Source: Solimonas sp. (GTDB taxonomy: Bacteria > Pseudomonadota > Gammaproteobacteria > Nevskiales > Nevskiaceae). Taken from it: 64,000 nucleotides of DNA. The stretch lies in NCBI GenBank assembly GCA_030149365.1, contig JASBRP010000018.1, positions 83,350 to 147,349 of the forward strand. The letters run 5' to 3'. The position numbers and the translations under genes are program-made. The first letter of the stretch is position 1. Each line of letters opens with the position of its first letter. Below, in pieces: positions 58,009 to 64,000 of this stretch. The notes below the pieces were generated by a model that was given only the letters and a program-made list of their open reading frames with translations, ran no database searches and was not told where the DNA came from.

Positions 58009-59061
58009 CTATAGATGTGAGTCGCGCAGGAAATCCCAGATCTCCCGCGTCGCGTTCATGTCCTGGCTGGTGGTGCCGATCAGCGGCACCGGCAGATACT
58101 GCCAGCCCCCCGGCCAAGCATGGCCGCCGCCGTTGACGGTGTAAAGCCGGACCTCGCTGCCGCTGGTACAAGTGCTGTTGGCCTGCAGGTTGATGGTGGT
58201 GCCGTCGTTGGCGATGTCTGGTAACGCCGAGCTCAGGGTCTGTACGGGATCGCAGCCGTTGCGGCCGAGCCAGAACGAGAAGGCCTGCGTCACGGAACGA
58301 ACACCCAGGCGGCCGCCGTTGTACGGCACGATGAGGTCGCGATTGCCGGCCACGATCATCAGGAGCCGCGGGGACACCGGGACGCAGGCGCTCTCCAGGC
58401 CGCTGGTCAGGCTGCCGGCGACAATGCCGAAGCCCGCGATGCGGTCGCTCAGTTCGCAGGCCAGCCGCATGGTCATGAAGGCACCGTTTGACAGGCCGGC
58501 GGCGTAGACGCGCTGCGGGTCGATGGAGAAATTGGCCTGCAGCTGGCCGATCATGGCCGCTGCGAAGCCGACATCGTCGTAGCCTTTGGGCCGTGCGGGA
58601 TCGTCATCCCAGACACCGTCCACCGAGGCCGGCATCACGGCCCACACGCCTTCGGCCGCCACAAGGTCGGCCACCCCGGTGATATTGGCCTGGTTCTCGG
58701 CGGTACCGCCGTTGCCGTGGAACAGCAACAGGACCGGCGCTTGGACCGGTGCCGGGTCGGGCCGCACGACGACGAAGCGGCGCGTGCGGCCGTTGTGCTG
58801 GAACGTGGCGTCGAAGGCGGCCGTGCCTGCGGCCAGGATCAGGTTGTTGCCCTGGAGCCGGATGACGACATGGTCCAGGTAAGGCGGGGTGAGTTGCGTG
58901 ACCCCAACCAGCAAGGGGTCCAGCGCCTCAGTGGTGCCGCCCGCCAGGGTGCCAACCGTAGCGGTAGTGCGGCTCAGCAGGCTTTCGAGGAATCCGGCGG
59001 CCTGGGCCGGAAGGATGCAGGCGGACAGCAGCAACAGACCGCAGAGACGATGACGGCTCAT
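58009..59061 (-). CDS. Secreted alpha/beta-hydrolase esterase (PHB depolymerase / LpqC-like family)
   Basis: Signal peptide present. LLLFHGNGGTA, and the nucleophile elbow GLSNGA. Confidence 0.75.
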   Translation of the reverse strand: MSRHRLCGLLLLSACILPAQAAGFLESLLSRTTATVGTLAGGTTEALDPLLVGVTQLTPPYLDHVVIRLQGNNLILAAGTAAFDATFQHNGRTRRFVVVRPDPAPVQAPVLLLFHGNGGTAENQANITGVADLVAAEGVWAVMPASVDGVWDDDPARPKGYDDVGFAAAMIGQLQANFSIDPQRVYAAGLSNGAFMTMRLACELSDRIAGFGIVAGSLTSGLESACVPVSPRLLMIVAGNRDLIVPYNGGRLGVRSVTQAFSFWLGRNGCDPVQTLSSALPDIANDGTTINLQANSTCTSGSEVRLYTVNGGGHAWPGGWQYLPVPLIGTTSQDMNATREIWDFLRDSHL

Positions 59062-59156
59062 GACGACCTCCCTGTCACAGACGACGACTTCCCGGCGACC
59101 CGCAGCCGGGCTCCGCGGCGGATCATAGTCCTGCGGGCGGCGCCTGTCTGCCTCGC

Positions 59157-60383
59157 TCAGGCTCCGCGGAAGCGCCAGAGTGCCCGCGCGCCGCCGCCCG
59201 GGCGGTTTTCAAGCCGCAGCTCCCAGCCGTAGCGCTCGGCCAGGGCCTTGGCGATGTAGAGCCCCATGCCGGAACCGCCCTCGCGCGCGTGGAAGCCTGG
59301 CTCGAACAGATGCGGCAGGGCGTCCTGCGACACCCCAGGTCCCTGGTCTTCCACCGTCACGGCGCCGTCGGCCATGCGCACCGTCACCTGCCCGGTCGCC
59401 GAAGCCTGCAGCGCGTTGCGGAACAGGTTGGTGAAGACCACGCGCACGGCCCCGGACGGCGCCACCAGGGTGTCCGGCTGCAGCTCCCAGCGCACGCGCG
59501 CCTCGGCCGTCTCATCCATGTGCGGCTCGGCGGCCTGCGGAAGCATCTGGTCCAGCTGGATCTGCGCAAGCGGCGGCGATTCGCGCGTGCGCGACAGGGC
59601 CAGCAGTGCGTCAAGAATCTCGCGCATGTCGCGGGCACCGCGCTCCAGGCGCTGCAGCGGCCGCTGTGCCGCGTCGTCCACGCGCTCGCGCAGCAGCTCG
59701 GCCGCGGCGGATATCACCGTCAGCGGGCTGCGCAGTTCATGGCTCGCCGCGGCGGAGAAGGCACGCTCTCGCTCGATCAACTGCTCGATATCCTCCAGCC
59801 GCCCGTTGAGCGCGCTCACCACCCGATCCAGCTCGTCGTCGGCGCGGGGCACGGAGATGCGCAGGTGCCGCTTGCCCGGATCCAGGGCACGGATCTGCTC
59901 CAGCAACTCGAGGTAGGGCTTGAGCACGCGGTCGGCCGTGCGATCCGCGGCAATCCAGGTGCCCAGGAAGACCAGCAGCGCGGTAATGGACACGCCCATC
60001 CACAGCCAGGCCTCACGCTGCTCGACGAAGTCCACGGGATAGGCCAGGTAGGCCTCGTCTCCCGAGGCCACCTGCCGCTTGTAGATGCAATAGGCCACGC
60101 CATCGACGTCCACCGGCTCGGTGATGCCCTCGGGCAGGCCCTGCAGTTCCGGCGGCAGCTCGCCGGTGCGGGCCGGGCGGAAGTACTTGAGTGCCGAGGC
60201 CTGTTGCTCCTGCGGCTGCGGCACGATGTCGGCCTCCAGCATTGCATCCATCTGCTTGGCGAGCATGTCGTTGATGGCGGCGTCCTCGATCGCCTCGTCG
60301 GCGACATAGAGGGCTCCGGCCCCGAGCAGCGACGCGGCCACCGACAGGCCCAGCACGATCCGGCGTACACGCTGGCGCAGCAT
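59157..60383 (-). CDS. Sensor histidine kinase (HisKA + HATPase_c)
   Basis: Two TM segments flank a periplasmic domain. H-box is SAAASHELRSPLT. G-boxes are EDQGPGV and GGSGMGLYIAK. Confidence 0.9.
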   Translation of the reverse strand: MLRQRVRRIVLGLSVAASLLGAGALYVADEAIEDAAINDMLAKQMDAMLEADIVPQPQEQQASALKYFRPARTGELPPELQGLPEGITEPVDVDGVAYCIYKRQVASGDEAYLAYPVDFVEQREAWLWMGVSITALLVFLGTWIAADRTADRVLKPYLELLEQIRALDPGKRHLRISVPRADDELDRVVSALNGRLEDIEQLIERERAFSAAASHELRSPLTVISAAAELLRERVDDAAQRPLQRLERGARDMREILDALLALSRTRESPPLAQIQLDQMLPQAAEPHMDETAEARVRWELQPDTLVAPSGAVRVVFTNLFRNALQASATGQVTVRMADGAVTVEDQGPGVSQDALPHLFEPGFHAREGGSGMGLYIAKALAERYGWELRLENRPGGGARALWRFRGA

Positions 60384-60385
60384 GC

Positions 60386-61069
60386 TCAGGCTCCCTCGAT
60401 ATCGGCCAGGCGATAGCCGACGCTGCGGTAGGTGTGCAGCAGCTTGCGCGGCTGATCGCGGTCGATCGCCTCGCGCAGCTTGTGCATGTGGGCGCGCAGG
60501 AAGTCCTGGTCCGGCGGCTGGTCGCCCCAGAGCAGATACTCCAGCTCCTCGCGCGGCACGATGCGGTGCGCGTTGCGCAGCAGGTGCTCCAGCAGCTTGC
60601 CCAGGGTCGGCGACAGGGAGATCAGGCGCCCGGCACGGCGCAGCTCGCGGGTGCGGGTATCCAGCACCAGGTCGCCCGCGGTGAGTTGTGGCGTGGCCAC
60701 GCGGTTGCTGGCGCGGCGGTGCAAGGCGGTGAGGCGGGCGTAGAGCTCCGCCAGCTCGAAAGGCTTGACCAGGTAGTCGTCGGCACCGGCGTCGAAGCCC
60801 GCGACCTTGTCGGGCAGAGTGTCCAGCGCCGTGAGCATCAGCACCGGTGCAGTCAGGCCATGCTCACCGCGCAGGCGGGCACACAGGGTGGCGCCGTCCA
60901 TGCGTGGCATCAGGCGGTCCAGCACCAGCACGTCGTAGGTTTCCTGCGTGGCCAGGCGTAGCGCCGACAGTCCGTCGCGGGCGTAGTCCACCGCATGCCC
61001 GCGCTGCTCCAGGTACTCACCGACCGACTCGGCAATGTCCGCGTGATCCTCGACGATCAGGATGCGCAT
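60386..61069 (-). CDS. OmpR/PhoB-family response regulator
   Basis: MRILIVEDHADIA...DVLVLDRLMPRMDG...LMLTALD, with a C-terminal winged helix (LEYLLWG...VHTYRSVGYRL). Confidence 0.9.
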   Translation of the reverse strand: MRILIVEDHADIAESVGEYLEQRGHAVDYARDGLSALRLATQETYDVLVLDRLMPRMDGATLCARLRGEHGLTAPVLMLTALDTLPDKVAGFDAGADDYLVKPFELAELYARLTALHRRASNRVATPQLTAGDLVLDTRTRELRRAGRLISLSPTLGKLLEHLLRNAHRIVPREELEYLLWGDQPPDQDFLRAHMHKLREAIDRDQPRKLLHTYRSVGYRLADIEGA

Positions 61070-61076
61070 CGCTGCG

Positions 61077-61949
61077 CTAGAAATCGCGCGTGACCGTGCC
61101 GCCCTCTTCGATCTGCACGAGGAAGGCATCGCGGAAGACCAGTGTGTTCTGCTGCGTGAAGGGATCGTCCAGTTCCGCCTTGCAGGTGTAGGCGACGGTG
61201 TATTGACCGATAGGCAAGCCGCGGAAACGGTACTGGTAGTCGCCGCTGTTGCCGCTGCGCTCGACGCTGGCCGAGACCAGGGGGGAGGCCGTATCGAAGT
61301 CTGCGGCGTAATCCGTCAGCTGGCTGCGGCGATCGCCCCGGTAGAGGTACATGGCGAAGCCTTCTTCCTCGCTGCCGGCGCAGGCGCCGCCAGCGACGTA
61401 GTCCTCGTCCACGGTACCCGTGAGCGTGCCGGTATCGCCGGCGCGCGCCGCGGTGGCGGCTTGGCGCAGGCGGTAGAGGTTATCCGGCTGGGTCTGGCGC
61501 GAGAACGAGAAGCGCAGGTCCAGCACGGCCAGGATGGTCTCACCCTCGTCCTCGTCGTCCGACAGCTGGATATCCAGGTCGGCGCCGGGCTGCAGGTCGC
61601 TCAGGCGGATCGGGAACTCGCCGTCGTCGGTCTCGATCTCGGCGTCGCGGTCATCGAAGATCAGGCGCAGCTTGCGGTATCGGGCGGCCGGCACTTCCTC
61701 GCCGCCGACCAGGCTGAGCAGCTCGGTGCCCTGGAAATCCAGCAGGTCCACCAAACGGTCATCGGTCTCGATGCGAAAGGTGCCGCCGGACTCGTCCTGT
61801 AGCTCCACGGCCTCGATGCGCACACTGATGCGCTCGGCGTCGACCGGGCGGTTGACCGTGGCCAGGTTGATGTCCAGGGTGGATTCGCAGGCGGCCAGGC
61901 CGAGGACCAGTGGCAGCAGGCACAGGCGTAACAGGGTGTGGGTCTTCAT
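61077..61949 (-). CDS. DUF4382-like lipoprotein
   Basis: Lipobox LAAC. N-terminal VRIEAVELQDESGG...DLLDFQG...YRKLRLIF and a C-terminal beta-sandwich-like YQYRFRGLPIGQYTVAYTC. It heads the RR-HK operon. Confidence 0.65.
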   Translation of the reverse strand: MKTHTLLRLCLLPLVLGLAACESTLDINLATVNRPVDAERISVRIEAVELQDESGGTFRIETDDRLVDLLDFQGTELLSLVGGEEVPAARYRKLRLIFDDRDAEIETDDGEFPIRLSDLQPGADLDIQLSDDEDEGETILAVLDLRFSFSRQTQPDNLYRLRQAATAARAGDTGTLTGTVDEDYVAGGACAGSEEEGFAMYLYRGDRRSQLTDYAADFDTASPLVSASVERSGNSGDYQYRFRGLPIGQYTVAYTCKAELDDPFTQQNTLVFRDAFLVQIEEGGTVTRDF

Positions 61950-62080
61950 GGGACGAGTGTAGCGACCAGCGGGGGTTCAGTCATTTTGAAGTGCCCCTTC
62001 AGGAAATTCCGGTTTTTCTGATCCGGGTGGCGGCCTATGCTGCGCTCCATCCTACCAACCAGAACACCCCAGGAGATCCC

Positions 62081-62689
62081 ATGAAACTGTACTTCGCACC
62101 CGGCGCCTGCTCCCTTTCCCCGCACATCGTCCTGCACGAAGCCGGCCTGGCCGCCCAGACCGAGAAAGTGGACCTGGCCAGCAAGAAGACCGCCTCCGGC
62201 GCCGACTTCACCCAGGTGAACCCGAAGGGCTACGTCCCTGCCCTGGTGCTGGACGACGGCACCGTGCTGACCGAAGGCCCGGCGATCGTGCAATACCTGG
62301 CCGACCAGCGCCCGGACGCCCGGCTGGTGCCGCAGAATGGCACGCTGCCGCGCTACCAGCTGCAGGAGCTGCTGAACTTCATCAGCACCGAGATCCACAA
62401 GAGCTACAGCCCGCTGTTCAAGCCGAACAGCACGCCGGAGATGAAGCAGGCCTTCATCGACCTGCTGAACCGCCGCTACGACACGGTGGAGCAGATGCTC
62501 AGCGGCCGCCAGTACATCGCCGGCGACCAGTTCACCGTGGCCGACGCCTACCTCTTCACCGTGACCGGCTGGAGCCGCATGCTGAAGATCGACCTGCTGT
62601 CCTCGCGGCCGAACCTGGCGGCGTACATGGAGCGCGTGGGTGGGCGGCCGGCGGTGCAGAGCGCGATGCGGGCGGAGGGGTTGATCTAG
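62081..62689 (+). CDS. gstA: Glutathione S-transferase (beta class, GstA-like)
   Basis: MKLYFAPGACSLSPHIVLHEAGL...NPKGYVPALVLDDGTVLTEGPAIVQYL. AGGAG ribosome-binding site at 62071. Confidence 0.9.
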   Translation: MKLYFAPGACSLSPHIVLHEAGLAAQTEKVDLASKKTASGADFTQVNPKGYVPALVLDDGTVLTEGPAIVQYLADQRPDARLVPQNGTLPRYQLQELLNFISTEIHKSYSPLFKPNSTPEMKQAFIDLLNRRYDTVEQMLSGRQYIAGDQFTVADAYLFTVTGWSRMLKIDLLSSRPNLAAYMERVGGRPAVQSAMRAEGLI

Positions 62690-62733
62690 TGCGCTTTGGC
62701 GATGACTAAATGTCATCGCCAGCACTAGATCAA
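62681..62733. repeat. Two-tier hairpin A1: outer stem 12 bp, inner stem GGCGATGAC-TAAAT-GTCATCGCC
   Basis: TTGATCTAGTGC (62681-62692, includes the gst stop) pairs with GCACTAGATCAA (62722-62733). The inner 9-bp stem is 62698-62706 / 62712-62720. Confidence 0.8.
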
Positions 62734-62734
62734 C

Positions 62735-62756
62735 GGGTGGCCATGGATGGCCACCC
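62735..62756. repeat. 22-bp palindrome GGGTGGCCAT-GG-ATGGCCACCC (module B); half copy at 62858-62870
   Basis: Read directly from the sequence. Confidence 0.8.
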
Positions 62757-62797
62757 AGGGGGTCAATCAGGTAACAGAGGTCCCGCCATGGACGGCG
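62757..62797 (+). repeat. 41-nt direct repeat, copy C1
   Basis: AGGGGGTCAATCAGGTAACAGAGGTCCCGCCATGGACGGCG matches 62929-62969 at 35/41 positions by my alignment. Confidence 0.8.
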
Positions 62798-62870
62798 TCA
62801 CTCCTGCCGGGCTGAATAGCCCCGATGCCTACATGGCATGGCCAGCGTCAGATGAGCGGGTGGCCATGGA

Positions 62871-62924
62871 ATGTTTGGCCTCGCTGAGGCATGACTCAAT
62901 GTCATGCCGAAGTAAGCCAAACAT
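62871..62924. repeat. Two-tier hairpin A2: outer stem 9 bp, inner stem GGCATGAC-TCAAT-GTCATGCC
   Basis: ATGTTTGGC (62871-62879) pairs with GCCAAACAT (62916-62924). The inner 8-bp stem is 62888-62895 / 62901-62908. Confidence 0.8.
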
Positions 62925-62928
62925 GCCC

Positions 62929-62969
62929 AGGGGCCCAATCAGGTAGCGGAGGTCCCGCCATGGATGGCA
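62929..62969 (+). repeat. 41-nt direct repeat, copy C2
   Basis: AGGGGCCCAATCAGGTAGCGGAGGTCCCGCCATGGATGGCA. Confidence 0.8.
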
Positions 62970-63004
62970 ACTCCGCTTGTAACTGCTGAGACAGTCACCC
63001 GAAC

Positions 63005-63037
63005 CCGTTCACCCTTCGACAGGCTCAGGGCGAACGG
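63005..63037. repeat. Imperfect hairpin CCGTTCACCCT-N11-AGGGCGAACGG (the TTCGACAGGCTCAGGGCGAACGG-type intergenic repeat)
   Basis: 10 of 11 stem positions pair. I recognise the motif as a widespread proteobacterial intergenic repeat that yields FDRLRANG ghost ORFs. Confidence 0.6.
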
Positions 63038-63076
63038 CTTGGGTTATCACTTTGACCCTTCTGCCCCTCACCCCAA

Positions 63077-63102
63077 CCCTCTCCCCGTATGCGGGGAGAG
63101 GG
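63077..63102. repeat. Hairpin repeat CCCTCTCCCCG-TATG-CGGGGAGAGGG (family copy 2)
   Basis: 11-bp stem just downstream of the EF-hand gene stop. Paralogous to 53753-53778. Confidence 0.75.
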
Positions 63103-63114
63103 AGGATAGTGAGT

Positions 63115-63594
63115 TCAGAACGCCGGAGGCGGCGGCATCAGCTCATCGGCTTCCAGCACCCCATTCCCGTCCGCATCCATCCGCCCGAAAGCCTCGTCGG
63201 CCTGCGCCTGCGCCTCGGCCAGGTCCAGCAGGCCGTCGCCATTGGTATCCCGCGGAGCCTGGGGCGGTATGCCGTGAGCGCGCACCATGCCTGGCGGGGG
63301 CCTCGGGCGATCCTGGCCCTGGCCGGTGGGTGCGCCGCCACCCGGGCCGTCCAGGCGCAGCACGAAACGGCGCGGGCCGAACTGCTTCTGTTCGGCGGCA
63401 TCGAGGTAGCCGTCGGAGTTGCGGTCGGCGAAGCGGAAGCGGGCGGCGGCGCCTTCGCGCCACTCGTTGCGGTCGACCTGCCCGTTCTCGTCATAGTCGG
63501 CCGGCAGCGGCGGCTGGGCCAGGGCGGCGCCCGACAGGGCCAGCAAGGCGAGCAGCAGCAGGCCGGATTCCAGGGAGGGGTGGATGGTCAGCAT
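63115..63594 (-). CDS. Secreted EF-hand calcium-binding protein
   Basis: Signal peptide ...LALSGAALA. Calcium-binding loops are DRNSDGYLD, DTNGDGLLD, DADGNGVLE. A Pro/Gly-rich linker is present. Confidence 0.8.
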   Translation of the reverse strand: MLTIHPSLESGLLLLALLALSGAALAQPPLPADYDENGQVDRNEWREGAAARFRFADRNSDGYLDAAEQKQFGPRRFVLRLDGPGGGAPTGQGQDRPRPPPGMVRAHGIPPQAPRDTNGDGLLDLAEAQAQADEAFGRMDADGNGVLEADELMPPPPAF

Positions 63595-63603
63595 GGGTGT
63601 CTC

Positions 63604-64000
63604 CTATTCGGCAGTGAAGGCGATGTTGCGGGTCTCGCCGGCCGTTACGGTGGCATTGCGGCGCTGCAGGAAGTCCAGGCTGTCGATGACGGCGGGACGC
63701 TCGCTGTCGGCGTCGCAGGTCAGGGCCAGGGTGTAGTTGCCCTCGGGCAGGTAGGCGAAACGGTAGCGGTAGCCACCGTCGCCATCGTCATAAACCGCGG
63801 CGGCCGATACCGGCTGGATGCCGGTGACGCGGCTGCGGGCGTAGTCGACCGGGGTGACGCCAGTGCCCTCGTAGACGTAAACACTGACGCCGCGCAGCAG
63901 GCTGCGCCCCTGACGGCAGTCGGCGTCCTCGACCAGGGCGTTGGCGACCTTGCCGGAGACCTCGCCGGCATCCTCGGGGTCCAGGGCCCGCAGGACCGGG
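63604..64000 (-). CDS. DUF4382-like protein, C-terminal part only (5' end beyond the window)
   Basis: My translation is ...SGKVANALVEDADCRQGRSLLRGVSVYVYEG...YRYRFAYLPEGNYTLALTCDADSE...VTAGETRNIAFTAE*. It parallels the C-terminus of the 61077-61949 product (YQYRFRGLPIGQYTVAYTC). Confidence 0.6.
   Translation of the reverse strand, partial: PVLRALDPEDAGEVSGKVANALVEDADCRQGRSLLRGVSVYVYEGTGVTPVDYARSRVTGIQPVSAAAVYDDGDGGYRYRFAYLPEGNYTLALTCDADSERPAVIDSLDFLQRRNATVTAGETRNIAFTAE

Noticed and set aside
62681-63102. Possible CRISPR array, suggested by the repeated palindromic units
   Set aside because: There are only two copies of each module. The spacing is irregular, the modules are not identical, no cas genes are present and the repeat architecture is mosaic.
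62964-63617. 217-aa plus-strand ORF (also 62710-62946) across the repeat region
   Set aside because: It reads through the hairpin repeats (FDRLRANG and PLPVCGERE ghost peptides) and then runs antisense to the EF-hand gene. It is a repeat-derived artefact.

Overview
High-GC gammaproteobacterial chromosome segment. The gene content and GTAG-type REP repeats look Xanthomonadales/Stenotrophomonas-like, but that assignment is tentative because no search was possible. Contents in order. (1) 1-31.9 kb is one surface-polysaccharide cluster of about 32 kb and 28 genes, all on the minus strand. It runs from a WbpL/WecA-type initiating transferase to wza and a partial wzc. It encodes routes to UDP-HexNAc-uronate, GDP-L-fucose (gmd, fcl), CMP-sialic acid (neuB, neuC, neuA) and UDP-ManNAc (wecB). 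It also has five glycosyltransferase-like genes, four acyltransferases, two flippase-like and two Wzy/ligase-like proteins, and a heparinase II/III-like protein. (2) secF-secD-yajC. (3) 35.6-50.8 kb is a mixed-strand, accessory-looking block: acyl-CoA dehydrogenase, glutathione peroxidase, a roughly 24% GC island of about 300 bp, a fused glucosylglycerol-phosphate phosphatase/synthase (ggpPS-like) with an MFS transporter, ypfJ, a TetR / lipoprotein / Tat-exported flavin amine oxidase unit, a REP-associated tyrosine transposase flanked by 7 REP cores, a DUF1800/DUF1501 pair, and a small secreted protein. (4) tgt, a chagasin-family inhibitor, tRNA-Leu(CAA), queA. (5) A metallophosphoesterase, a GH31 glycosidase, an HD protein, an esterase, an OmpR/HK two-component system with a DUF4382 lipoprotein, gst, a repeat-tiled 425-bp intergenic region, an EF-hand protein and a second, partial DUF4382-like gene. 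I saw no CRISPR array, prophage, toxin-antitoxin pair or recognisable defence system. The most unusual items are the tailoring genes translationally coupled to neuBCA, the AT-rich island upstream of ggpPS, and the mosaic hairpin repeats at 62.7-63.1 kb. None of these is proven novel from sequence alone. All functional calls rest on my recognition of motifs in the translations. No database search was run.
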